A DNA stretch of 64,000 nt from Octopus sinensis. Its lineage: Eukaryota. This document shows, piece by piece, positions 13,867 through 27,149 of the stretch. The stretch covers positions 140,058,001-140,122,000 of the forward strand of contig NC_043000.1 of the NCBI RefSeq assembly GCF_006345805.1, in the 5' to 3' direction. The notes under the pieces are model-generated. The model was not told where the DNA came from. It searched no databases and worked only from the letters and a program-made list of their open reading frames with translations. Positions within the stretch are counted from its first letter, which is position 1. Each line of letters begins with the position of its first letter. Position numbers and translations under genes: made by a program.

Positions 13867-14176
13867 GGAGAAAGAGGAGGAGGTGACCCCCTTCGGTCAT
13901 GAATAACCAGTGCAAGATTGTTTGTGGAAGACCAGCAGTCACCTATGCATACCAGCCTCCCCTTTCCACACCACTGATGTTATCCAAGGAAAAGGTAAAG
14001 GCCAATACAACTTGGCACCAGTGATGTCACAACTCACTTCTACAGCTGAGTTGACTGGAGCAACGTGAATTAAAGTGTCTTGCTCAAGAACACAACACGC
14101 AGCCCAGTCCGGGAATTAAACTTACAACCTCACAATCGTAAGCTCTATGCTCTAACCACTGAGCCATGCGCCTTCA
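13867..14176 (-). mobile_element. tRNA-derived SINE family E
   Basis: Minus-strand head GGCGCATGGCTCAGTGGTTAGAGC; core TTCTTGAGCAAGACACTT; TSD CAGATGTAGTAGT at 13854-13866 and 14177-14189. Confidence 0.85.
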
Positions 14177-14452
14177 CAGATGTAGTAGTAACCACAGCAA
14201 AATGGCTAATGATGCAGACCTTCACTACTACTACTGATTCCAAATTTCACCGGTCGCATATCAAGGCAAAGCCTGAAGGGAGGCAAAGAAAATTTACATC
14301 TTCACGCTGCCACCTTAAACAGGTTGCAATAATGATCCTGAAGCTGTGATTCTTCATCATTGGACTAGACGGGGCTTTAAACTACAGTAGAACCATATCG
14401 TTTTGCAGGAACAGTGAGGGCTCGTCATTCCATATGGCAACTATATACAGTA

Positions 14453-14623
14453 GGCTTAGGAGTAGCTGTGTGGTAAGTAGCTTGCTTACCAACCACATAG
14501 TTCCGGGTTTAGTCCCACTGCGTGGCACCTTGGGTAAGTGTCTTCTACTATAGCCACAGGCCGACCAAAGCATTGTGAGCGGATTTGGTAGACGGAAACT
14601 GAAAGAAGCCCGTCGTATATATG

Positions 14624-14662
<39 letters not shown>

Positions 14663-14865
14663 ATTTGTGTGTCTGTGTTTGTCCCCCCAACATCGCTTGA
14701 CAATCGATGCTGGTGTTGTTACGTTGCCGTAACCTAGCGGTTCTGCAAAAGAGACCGATAGAATAAATACTAGGCTTACAAAGAATACGTCCTTGTGTCG
14801 ATTTGCTTGACTAAAGGCGGTGCTCCAGCATGGCCGCAGTCAAATGACTGAAACAAGTAAAAGAG
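14453..14865 (+). mobile_element. SINE family B
   Basis: Collinear with 7891-8292. Confidence 0.9.
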
Positions 14866-15970
14866 TTGTTGTTGTAACCAGGACGCCAGGAACTCTAAGT
14901 ACTAGCTATAGTCATGCACCGCTCAAGATTTTATAATTGTGAAAGTCATATATGATCGTTCAAACGCCCTAATTTTGAGTAATCTGCTCCAGTTGGGACA
15001 ACAAACGATTCATAATATAGGAATTGACCAGAATCGAGAAAACAAAGGAAGCGATCGTTCTGTATATGAACTATAAATAAAACTGTTTTAGAAACTGATT
15101 TAAAATACTTTGAGAATGATATGCTGCCTTATGTTGATATGTACAGAGGCATATACACACTCACTCAAACATATTTCCTTATGTTAATTCATGCTGTAAC
15201 AATGACATTTTTTTCCATTCCAATGTCAAGTATCAATGCATTATTTTTTAAATAGCTTAAGCCATCTGAGAAAAATATCTTTATAATCTTTTGCTATTTT
15301 ATATCACAATAGCGCACACATCATCATGACCATGATAGCCATATCTAAAAGATAACGTATATCATTTCATGCAGATTTACCTTATGCTGTTATCAGAAAT
15401 TCTATAAAAACCAATTCTAACATTACCACTCGGGACTAAACTCCTATGGCAGTAAGAAGCAAGCTGAAGAAACTGAACAGTTTAAATGGAAATAAGAGGA
15501 ATATTTAAATATTTTCTGGTATTAAAGCATTAATTCATACATACACTGTATAAAGTATTGAAATACACCAGAACGCTATACTTCATAGTAAAGTCTACAC
15601 TACTACAAGATAACATACTATTTGCTACTACATTTTACTGCTGCAGTATCCTGCTTTATCTCACTATATTGAGTGAGCCAAGGTTGCTCATCCAGTAGAA
15701 TATCTTTGAGCACAACATTGTGTCTTATAAAAAGAAGCAGATAGGATGGTCATAGCTAGAAAGCCTTTTCACGCGTCTACACAATCGAAGTTGACCAGGG
15801 GATAAATAACAGCAACAGCGATAACAACGACTATACCTACTTTAAGGCAACGAAGATACCTTCATACAGCAACTCGTACTGCTAGGAGTAATTGGCGAAA
15901 CTCTCTCACACCCTGCCATATTTAAACAGAATAAAACTTTGAATAATGGGAATCTCGTTGCATTGTTGCA

Positions 15971-16274
15971 GGCACATGGTCCAGTGGTTAGAGCAGCGGA
16001 CTCGTGGTCGAGGGATTGCAGGTTCGAATCTCAGACCGGGCGATATGTGTGTTTATGAGCGAAACACCTAAGCTCCAAGAGGCTCTGGCAGAAGGTAATA
16101 GCGAACTTCTGCTGACGCTTTTGCCACAACTTTCTCTCACTCTTTCCTCCTGCATCTTGCAGCTCACCTGCGACGAGCCGGCGTCCCGTCCAGGTGGGGA
16201 ATCTATACGCCAAGGAAACCGGGAAACCGGCCCTTATGAGCCAGGCATGGCTCGAGAAGGAACAAACAAACAAA
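15971..16274 (+). mobile_element. tRNA-derived SINE family C with (AAAC)n tail
   Basis: A box TGGTCCAGTGG, B box GGTTCGAATC, (AAAC)n tail; TSD CGTTGCATTGT at 15956-15966 and 16275-16285. Confidence 0.85.
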
Positions 16275-16756
16275 CGTTGCATTGTGCTTGGATAATGTTT
16301 CCAACTGGAATGTCTTTTATCCTGGTTCTTCTTTATTATAATTCGGCTTACAAAACTAACAGGAACTGTATATGGTTACCAAATGGAATGATGAGTCCTC
16401 TCTGTTCACGCAAAAGGATTCGTTTGTGCTGATGCTTAAAGTGCCGTCTGGTCCTGTGGTGAAGAATTACCTCAGTGTCTTGGTTACTGTTGCAACCTGT
16501 TTAAGTTATCAGCATGAGAAAGTGAATTTTCTTTGTCTCCTTTCAAGCTTTGCCTTGATCTGCGACTGGTGAAATTTGGAATCAGCAGTAGTAGTGAAGG
16601 CTTGTATCATTAGTCATTTCTACTGTGGTTTACAACTGCACCTGCTACGGTCCACTACACTCTTTCTTTTTTGATTTTCCTTTTCCTCTAAGTAGAAAGC
16701 GGTGGTCTTTTCAGTCACCGATGCTGCAACTGGATCTTCTGTCCTGCATCGCCGTC

Positions 16757-17170
16757 TTTATTTTCTTTTAATTGTTTTCAGTCATTTGACAGCAGCCATG
16801 CTGGAGCACCGCCTTTAGTCAACCAAATCGACCCCAGGACTTATTCTTTGGAAGCTGAGTACTTATTCTATCGGTTTCTTTTGCCGAACCGCTAAGTTAC
16901 GGGGACGTAAATACACCAGCATCGGTTGTCAAGCGATGTTGGTGGGACAAACACAGACACACAAACACACAAACGCACACACACACACGCACACACACAC
17001 ACATATATATATATATACATATATACGACAGGATTCGTTCAGTTTCCGTCTACCAAATCCACTCATAAGGCTTTGGTCGGCCCGAGGCTATAGAAGACAC
17101 TTGCAGTGGGAATGAAGCCGAACCATGTGGTTGGTAAGCAAGCTACTTACCACACAGCCACTCCTGCGTC
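16757..17170 (-). mobile_element. SINE family B
   Basis: Reverse complement of family B. Confidence 0.88.
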
Positions 17171-17501
17171 TGATCGATCTCAATGCAGTACTACTCAAGG
17201 ATGATCTTCTTGTCTTCAGGGTTATTAAGGTTGAATATCCATACAGGCATCCACAGGTCAGCGCTCACCACTTGTTCATTATCATGCTCAAAGATATCGT
17301 AAAGCAAGGATAGACACTCATGCCAATATCTCTGGTAATCACCTTAGTTTTCTTCAAACGCTTGTACTGTGACAAAAAGTGATAGGCAGGTGAGCAACTC
17401 ATCAGTTGTATATATACTTTTACCTCACCATCGGTCTTAATAGCAAGTAAAACCTTCAATATAACTTGACTATTCAATGCAACATATATTCCTTTGCACA
17501 A

Positions 17502-17915
17502 GGCGGCGAGCTGGCAGAAACGTTAGCACGACGGGCGAAATGTGTAGCCGTATTTTGTCTGCCGCTACGTTCTGAGTTCAAATTCCGCCGAGGTCGACTT
17601 TGCCTTTTATCCTTTCGGGATCGATTAAATAAGTATCAGTTACGCACTAGGGTCGATATAATCGACTTAATCCGTTCGTCTGTTCTTGTTTGTCCTCTCT
17701 GTGTTTAGCCCATTGTGGGTAGTAAAAAAATAGGTATTTCGTCTGCCGCTACGTTCTGAGTTCAAATTCCGCCGTGGTCGACTTTGCCTTTCATCCTTTC
17801 GGGGTCGATAAATAAAGTACCAGTTACGCATTGGGGTTGATATAATCGACTTAATCCCCTTGTCTGTCCTTGTTTGTCCCATCTATGTTTAGCCCCTTGT
17901 GGGCAATAAAGAAAT
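17502..17915 (+). mobile_element. SINE family A head-to-tail dimer
   Basis: Two bodies; 17-bp TSD ATATATTCCTTTGCACA at 17484-17500 and 17916-17932 encloses both. Confidence 0.92.
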
Positions 17916-18582
17916 ATATATTCCTTTGCACAGTGTCCAACGCCTCCTCTAAAATAAATCTGTGGCACTCTGAAGACTCATATATCATTTTGAAACAACT
18001 GAAATGTGTGACAATATTTCCTAGATAAAATCAATGGGCAGGAAAAAACTCTCTATCCTGTCATACTATGTCCACTTCAACTTCTTTTTCTCTTACTGGC
18101 TCCAACTGAGTCTGTCTTTTTGGAACATAGCATTAACAAATGATAGAGTATTGTGTTGTTGATGTTTGTGTTATTGTTCCAGCTGTTCCTGCTGTTTTTT
18201 TTTATTCTTTACATTCTCAACATTATTCCGGTATTTTATTTTCATGTGTAAATGTTTATCTAAGCTTCAAGCTCTATCTATGTTTTCGAAGATTTTTCCA
18301 ATTGAAAATGATTTAGGGATGTGTTTGTTTATGTTATTGCTACTATTTCTATGCCGAGTATCTCATTCAACTTCTGTGGAAGCCATTTTACAACACGTGG
18401 AAAAATTGCAATAATTATTCGGCAAAAATATGTAAACGTCTTAAAATGTCTAAAAGTAAAATTTCTTCCCAGCCAGATAATATGTGAAAGTATTTCTTTA
18501 ATGAAATCTGACAAAATGAGTGAATCGTAGTGTATTCTGGTTACAAATGGCAATAACATCAACTCCTTTTATGCCAACAATA

Positions 18583-18960
18583 GGAGCACACCGTCGGTTA
18601 CGACGATGAGGGTCCCAGCTGATACGATCAACGGAACAGCTTGCTCGTGGAATTAAAGTGCAAGTGGCTTAGCACTCCACAGACACGTGGACCCTTAACG
18701 TAGTTCTCGAGGAGATTCAGCGTGACACAGAGTGTGACAAGGCTGGCCCTTTGAAATACAGGTACAACAGAAACAGGAAGAAAGAGTGAGAGAATATTGT
18801 GGTGAAAGAGTACAGCAGGGATCACCACCACCTCCTGCAGGAGCCTCGTGAAGCTTTAGGCGTTTTCGCTCAATAAACACTCACAACGCCCGGTCTGGGA
18901 ATCGAAACCGCAATCCTATGACCGCAAGTCCGCTGCCCTAACCACTGGGCCATTGCGCCT
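18583..18960 (-). mobile_element. tRNA-derived SINE family D (head and core shared with family C, different tail)
   Basis: Minus-strand head AGGCGCAATGGCCCAGTGGTTAGGGCAGCGGAC with B box GGTTTCGATTCC; core similar to 16040-16190. Confidence 0.85.
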
Positions 18961-19352
18961 CCACCCTGGTTGTAATATTAACTAAACACAAAGGCAAACG
19001 AGGGGTATAGCCGTATCAGTAGTAGCAGCAACATTAGCGGCAATTACAATATCTACAGCAACAATAAACAAGAGGAAACATTAATAACATCCATATGTGA
19101 TAAAATAAGCACCTATAACAACAATAAATCCTCAAACACAAACAATAACACAGGTAATAAATTCAACAGCCATGATGAATGAATTGGACAACAATAAAAC
19201 GGTGACAATAAAAACAACAAATCATTTGAAATTAAATAAATAAGCATCTATCATCATTACATTGATTGTCTTCCTAGTTTGACAAGAACGGTAATATTAG
19301 AAAATTTACACACACACACAATTATATTCATGTATACATGAACATTTGTATA

Positions 19353-19385
<33 letters not shown>

Positions 19386-19469
19386 ATATATGCATGTATA
19401 TAGATTTATATACATATACATATATAAATATGTGTGCGTGTACACGTATATGTGTGTGTATATACACAC

Positions 19470-19513
<44 letters not shown>

Positions 19514-19716
19514 GAAATAATATTTAAAAAGAATTCTATGAAGAAAGGACATCTATTAACATATAAACACAAGTAAATAGCCCAGAATAAGCACACAAAT
19601 TTCCTTAAAGATACTATGTATTGTCAGAATAATCAACGGAAAGAAATTATAGTAAACAAATATATATTCAAATTTCAAAATAAAGAAACCAAACACAATT
19701 ATATATATATATATGT

Positions 19717-19795
<79 letters not shown>

Positions 19796-19860
19796 ATATA
19801 TAATTGTGTTTATGGGACAATAACGCAAAACATACATTTTCAACACAAAACGTACACTTT

Positions 19861-19936
<76 letters not shown>

Positions 19937-20151
19937 ATGGTGTCACTTTAAGAACATGAAAGGTAAAACTTCTTCCATATAGTTGGTATTATATCAGAGA
20001 AACTAGTCTGAAGTTGCTTTAGTTATGTTCCATTATTAGGACACTGTTTTATATAATACTGAGCGATCATTCTACATTTCGAATTGTCTGACTGCAAATT
20101 AGGCTGTATTTTCTGGATGTGCCAAGTGAGCACAATACAGAGATCAAAGAT

Positions 20152-20201
<50 letters not shown>

Positions 20202-20385
20202 ACATTTGTTTTCTCTTTCCTATGTTTATTCTTCTTCAAGTTTTTTATATTTTCATTCATCCGTGTACAAGAGCGTAGGATGAAAATGTCGAAGACACTT
20301 TCAATTTTTTTGAGCATCAAACTAATATACTTTCTTTGTTGTTCCCTTAATTGTTAATTTTATTTTTGTACAATTTTGCACCATA

Positions 20386-21755
20386 TCATCATCATCATCA
20401 TCATCATCTTTATTATCATCATCATCGTTTAGTGTCCGCTTTCTATGCTGGCATGGATTGGATGGTTTGACTGAGGGCTGGCGAGCCAGAAAGGCTGCAC
20501 CAGGCTCCAATCTGATCTGGCAAAGTTTCTACAGCTAGATGCCCTTCCTAACGCAATCCACTCCGAGAGTGTAGTGGGTGCTTTTATGTGCCACTGGCAC
20601 GAGGGTCAGTCAGGCGGTACTTGCATCGGCCACACTCAAATGGTGCTTTTTACATGCCACCTGCACAGGAGCCAGTCAGCCGCTTTGGCAACGATCACAC
20701 GCAAATGGTACTTTTAACATTCCATTGGTATGGGTACCAATCAGGCAGTACTATCATCGGTCACAACAGTGATTTCACTTGCCTCAACAAGTCTTCGCAA
20801 GTGTAGTTTATTGTCCAATGGTTGAAGGGTACTCTTAAATGTTATACAGCACTGGCATAGGCCATGGTTATGGTCTCACTTGGCTTGCCGGGTCTTCTCA
20901 AGCACAGCATATCTCCAAAGGTCTCAGTCACTTGTTATTGACCCAGTGAGGCCAATGTTCGAAGCTCATGCTTCCCCACCTCATCCCAGTCTTTCTGTGT
21001 CTACCTCTTCCACAGGTTCTCTCAACCGGTAGAGTGTGACACGTTTTCACTCAGCTGTCCTCATCCATTCTCAACACATGACCATACCACCGCAGTCGTC
21101 TCTCTTGCACACCACATCTAATGCTTCTTATGTCCAACTTATCTCTCAGAGTGCTTACACTCTGTCGTGTATGCACACTGACATTACACATCCAGTGGAG
21201 CATACTGGTTTCATTCATTGCAAGCTTACGCATGTCCTCAGCAGTCACAGCTCATGTTTCACAGCCACATAGCATTGCTTTTCATACACATGCATCGTAC
21301 AGTCTACCTTTTACCCTGAGCGAGAGGCCCTTTGTCACCAGCAGATGTAGGAGCTCTCTGAACTGTGCCCAGGCTATTTATATTTTAGCAATTACACTTT
21401 CAGAGCATCCAACCCCACTACTGATTAGATCACCTCAGTAATGGAAGCTATCAACTACTTCTAATTTTTTCCCCTGGAATGTGACAGAAGCAGTTCTCTT
21501 CACATTTTCAGTGTTTATTGCTTCTGAGCATTTGCCACACACAAAAAAGCTATCTTCCCAGTTAGTCTTTCTTTGATATTGCTGCACCTCCTATGTGCCC
21601 ATAGCTTGCACCGACTACATCTTATGGAGTTTCTACCAACGCCTTTTCTACAGATCGAGCAGGGTCATTACCTGAAGGGATTTGTGGCTTGTCTGCCTTC
21701 CTACTTAAGACTTTGGTTTTTGCTAGGTTGACTCTAAGGGCCTTTGATTCTATGT
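20386..21755 (-). mobile_element. 5'-truncated RTE-clade LINE (RT C-terminal half, 3' UTR, (GAT)n tail)
   Basis: ESKALRVNLAKTKVL, a Cys/His-rich insert, then MLHWMCNVS...GVQERRLRWYGHVLRMDEDS. Frameshifted; (CAT)n on the plus strand at 20386-20426. Confidence 0.88.
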
Positions 21756-21767
21756 ATCTCCCTCTCT

Positions 21768-21804
<37 letters not shown>

Positions 21805-22238
21805 TATACATATATATATATATATATATAATATACTGTTCTTGTAGTAACATGATATAATCTCATAATTTGTTTCAAATTCTAACAATACACGCACTAA
21901 AACAAACATTATATGAAAGTGAATATATATCTATATATATAACCGAAAGTTTATATTTTTGTGTTTAAATTTGAGTAGCACTTACAAATAATCAGTACGG
22001 GAATATCAAACTTTGACTCTGCTGGCTGGTTTGAAGCATCAACTAGATATTGCTATAATAAATTTGATAAAATGGTCAATATTCTTTATTAACAATAAAG
22101 AAAGAAAAGAATATTAGTTGTTTACAATGTTCATTCATCTGCTGAGATTTGTGTGAAAAATAGTCACTTGGGATATATAAGTAAGAGTTCTTAGAGTGCA
22201 AATGGCAACGGAATTAATAGAATTAATAGAATAAAAAA

Positions 22239-22468
22239 GGCGGGGAACTGGCAGAAACGTTAGCACGCCGGGCGAAATTCTTAGTGGTATTTCGTCTGCT
22301 GTTACGTTCTGAGTTCAAACTCCGCTGAGGTCGAATCTGCCTTTCATCCTTTCGGGGTCGATTAAATAAGTACCAGTTACGCACTGGGTCGATATAATCG
22401 ACTTAATCCGTTTGTCTGTCCTTGTTTGTCCTCTCTGTGTGTAGCTCCTTGTGGGCAGTAAAGAAATA
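22239..22468 (+). mobile_element. SINE family A monomer
   Basis: TSD AGAATTAATAGAAT at 22219-22232 and 22469-22482. Confidence 0.9.
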
Positions 22469-23977
22469 AGAATTAATAGAATGAATACATAGAGTTCTTG
22501 AAAAGCCAAAAAAAAAAAGGTTTGATAAATAGTTAACTCTTTTTCACCAGCAAAACCTTTTAAAATCATTCATATCATTAGAATCTATGTGAATAAAGAC
22601 AAGGATAAATTTTTAAAGAATATATAGCTTTTGTTGTGTTTAGTTCGGCATGTATAGAGAAACAAAGGGAAAATAGGACACAACTTTTAGTAAATAGATT
22701 AATAAGCATCTTTTCTTTTAAGTGGTTATTAGAAATTGTTCCTATTATTTTAACAGCTCTATTATATTTCTGTTAAGTAATTAATTATTCAGTGATAGAA
22801 AAATTATTTATTCGACTAATGTCCTACAGAGGTGCCCTGCCTCAGTTCAATGTTTATGTCAAGAACTAAACCCATGAAACAAATTATTAAGTGCCGGGTT
22901 TTTAATGCAAATTATATTAGACATTGTAATTAGCAATCTGAGACAGAAAGTTGCCAGAAACTCACTGAGAGAACTGGGAACATGAATGTTTTAAACAGCA
23001 ATAGAAGCTTACCTTGCTAGAGTCAAGTAACTGGTGAATTATCTTGTGAGAATCAAATATGGATAGTTAAAATAGTAGAAGCAAATTAGGGAATGACACA
23101 TGATCTGCATTGTAATCTGAATGCAACGAATTTGCCGAATCTTTGGAACACCATTTAGAACGTTTTGTGTTATTCTTTCCGGTGCTTTGAACTCAAATCC
23201 CAAGAGGTTAATTTTGTTTTTCATTATTTTCGAAGTCATTAAACAAAGTGCCATTCCTTTTGGTTTCTCTACTTTCTATGTCTCTATCCTCTTTCTGTCC
23301 TCATCCATTTTCTGTCTCCATCTACTGTCTGTCTCCTTCTGTTGTCTGTCTCCGTCTACTGTCTGTCTCCAGCTACTCTCTGTCTCCCCCTTCTCTCTCT
23401 CTCTCTCTCTCCCCCTCTCTCTCTCTCTCTTTATTGTACATGCAATTCAAAGGTTTGGCCTTGTTACACTGATTAAGCCTCAGAATTGCATCAATGATAT
23501 ACATCTCTGTGGCATATTCAGTTGTTCACACGTTAATTTCACAGGTAGATATTTGGTTTATGAAACACCTGATTAATCTTCGTCAAGAGTGACAAAAAGT
23601 TTCACAGTGTAATCAGTTACGTGGTCATGCTAAATACATTTGAGTCCCATCGATGCTGTGTTTCACATCAAATTACTGTGTATAATACCCAATATCATAT
23701 AAATAGCAAATTTAGCAGAAATTCACAAGGAAACAATGTAGAAAAATGCAAAATGTCTACAGCTGGCTGGGTTATTGTGCTGCAAATTGAAGACATGTTT
23801 TTCAGTCTCTCTCACTGTCTCAGTGGACATTTCTCTCCACTCAATAATCTATAACGTTTACATACATATGCTACTTCTGTAGAAAGGTAACATACATTGT
23901 TGTAAGGAGCAGCTATGAGAATAAAACCTTGCAGTGTCTGTCCTGACGTCTACCCTTAGTAGATATTGTTTGAATAA

Positions 23978-24207
23978 GGAGGCGAGCTGGCAGAAACGTT
24001 AGCACACCGGGCGAAATGCTTAGCGGTATTGCGTCTGTCGTTGCGTTCTGAGTTCAAATTCCGCCGAGGTCGACTTTGCCTTTCATCCTTTCGGGGTCGA
24101 TAAATTAAGTACCAGTTACGCACTGGGGTCGATGTAATCGACTTAATCCGTTTGTCTGTCCTTGTTTGTCCCTTCTATGTTTAGCCCCTTGTGGGCAATA
24201 AAGAAAC
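23978..24207 (+). mobile_element. SINE family A monomer
   Basis: TSD AGATATTGTTTGAATA at 23961-23976 and 24208-24223. Confidence 0.92.
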
Positions 24208-24446
24208 AGATATTGTTTGAATAGCATGGTTTGGTCTTCAGTGAACCCTAGAAGACATCACGTGTCAGGTCATCTGTATCACTTTTTGTTAAATTACAAG
24301 TGTGTAAATATGTGTGCGTGTGTTTATATGTGTCATTAACAAAGCTGTGCTATTGCTTATCCCTAGTTCAACTAGTTTACCTATGGAAAAAGAGGTTACC
24401 GCCTTGGTTATTCAGTTTCAGTTATATTTTTTAATTTTTTAATAAC

Positions 24447-24892
24447 AGGAGTAGGAGTAGCTGTGTGGTAAGTAGCTTGCTCACGAACCACATGGTGCCG
24501 GGTTCAGTCCTACTGCGTGGCATCTTGAGCAAGTCTCTTCTACTATAGCCTCGGGCAGAACAAAGATTGTGAGTGGATTTGGTAGACGGAAACTGAAAGA
24601 AGCTCGTCGTATATATGTATACATATATATATGTATACATATATATGTATATATGTGTGTGTATGTGTTTGTGTGTATGTGTTTGTCCCCCCCCCACACA
24701 CACACACAACATCGCTTGACAACCGATGCTGGTGTGTTTACGTCGCCGTAACCTAGCGGTTCGGCAAAAGACACCGATAGAATACTACTAGGTTTACAAC
24801 GAATAAGTCCTGGGGTCGATTTGCTCGACTAAAGGCAGTGCTCCAGCATGGCCACAGTCAAATGTCTGAAACAAGTAAAAGAGTAAAAGAGT
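24447..24892 (+). mobile_element. SINE family B
   Basis: Collinear with the other family B copies. Confidence 0.9.
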
Positions 24893-25121
24893 AATAATGT
24901 TAATTGAAAGAAACTTGACTACTATATTTTGCAAGGGCTCCCTTTGTGGATCATATTTAATAGAAATAACATATGGGGTGCTGGTGCGATTCACAGAAGT
25001 GGTATCAAATATGGGCATACCTCATCATTGATCAGAACCATCAACAACACTCATGACTAGCTTCACTCTAATATACAAGTTCACTTCAAGTTCTTTGTGT
25101 GTGTGTCCATACGTGTGTGTA

Positions 25122-25528
25122 TATGGCTTAGAAACATGGACGTTATCAAAGAAGCTTGAGAGGCGGTTGGATGGAACCTACACACGCCTCCTTAAGAGAG
25201 CTCAAAATCTCTCGTGGAAGCGCCATCCGACCAAAATGCAAATATATAGGAAACTACCACATGTGTCATCTCTTGTGAAAGGTAGGATAGTCCAGTTTGC
25301 TGGACATTGTTGTAGAGTTGAAAAAGAGGTAATTTCTACTCTTCTCCTCTGGAAGCCATCTACTCGCAATACCAGAGGGCGCACACTCTCCTACCCTGAT
25401 GTAATCTCCAGGGATACAGACATCCAGCAACAGGACCTCCGTAATGCCATGATGGACCGTGAGGTCTGGCGTAGCATGGTAAATTCCATTGTCTCGACCA
25501 CGGTCGAACAATGATGATGATGATGATG
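25122..25528 (+). mobile_element. RTE-clade LINE 3' end with (TGA)n tail
   Basis: YGLETWTLSKKLERRLDGTYTRLL...VQFAGHC...DREVWR; stop at 25512-25514 runs into (TGA)n. Near-identical to 41662-42200. Confidence 0.88.
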
Positions 25529-26284
25529 TTGAGTGGGTATGTGTGTGTATATGCGTGCATGCATGTGTGCGTGTGTGACTGTGTGTGTGTGTGATGGAAG
25601 ATCCATGGTCTTGTGGTTAAGACGTTTTGATCCCGCTCATAAAATGGGATTTTCTTGGATCAAGTGGCATTGCCCTTGAGCAAGCGACTTGATTCTATGC
25701 AGCTTCAAACTGTCGAGATGAAAATAGATAACTCCCAAGTGTTGGAGGAAGGTCCTCTCCAACCATCTGTCATATCATCCATTATACACTGGGTCAAGTA
25801 TAAAAAAGACAAGAAGTCGATACTGTCTGCTTGAGATAAAAAAAAATAAAAGCCCAGTACATGCTATCAGGTCATACTTGCTTACAAGCGATGGTTAATG
25901 TTTTTGTAAATGCAGTTTATATGTACATAAATACAAATATTATAAGCAACGGTTTGAGAAACACAGTCACTGCACATATACATAGATACATACACATACA
26001 TGCATATGCACATGCACGCATATTGCATTTTGCTTGAATGTTTAGATCTATGTTTCTCCTAATAACATGAGAAGGCTGTGTTTTTGCATTTTATGGCACC
26101 TTTTCACTGTTAAACCAAATACCTTTACAGTTGAATGCCCATTCTACTTCTGGTCATTCAACTGTGCGGAGAAACCACCGCTAATCAATCAGGCAGATTA
26201 ATGTGCCCCCAAAAGGTAAAGATGCAAACGCATACACTTTCATATACAAGCATAAGTACATACACATGTATGTATGTATATGTA

Positions 26285-26296
26285 TATATATGCGTA

Positions 26297-26383
<87 letters not shown>

Positions 26384-26780
26384 CTGTATGTATACATGCA
26401 TATGAATGCATATTTTTAAGCCGGAAAGCAAGGTTAAACGCATCCATATGTGTACGAGAAAGCGAGAAAGAAAGAGAGAATGGAAAGAGAGAGAGAAAGA
26501 GAGGAAGTGAAAGAGAGTTGAGACAATAGTGACAGAGCTAAAGAAGCTATTTCTCAATGTTTTCTGATTATTATATATAATTTGTGATGTAGACAAAATA
26601 AATAAAAGCATATTTCCACTTCTTCATACAAAAGTTTCTTTCATATTATTTCAAAAGAACTAATAGATGAATGGCTTATGATATAATGTAGAAAAGAGGA
26701 AATATTCTTTTACTTTGCATGTGTGCATATGTTTCTGCACAAATGCCTTCATATATATACATATGTGTGTATGTCTGTAC

Positions 26781-26825
<45 letters not shown>

Positions 26826-26937
26826 TATATATATATATATATATATACATATATATGCATATATATACATATATATATATATACACACACATATATTTAT
26901 ATATATACATATATATTCATAAATATATACATATATA

Positions 26938-26981
<44 letters not shown>

Positions 26982-27098
26982 TATATATACATATATATAT
27001 ATACACACATATATTTATATATATATACATATATATTCATATATATACACACATATATTTATATATATATACATATATATTCATATATATATATATAT
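26285..27098. repeat. Large compound (TA)n microsatellite blocks
   Basis: Direct reading; two blocks at about 26285-26390 and 26750-27098. Confidence 0.9.
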
Positions 27099-27149
27099 GT
27101 CGTTTTCAACGATAAAAACGATCAAGGCTATAAGTTTTCTTCATTCTAT

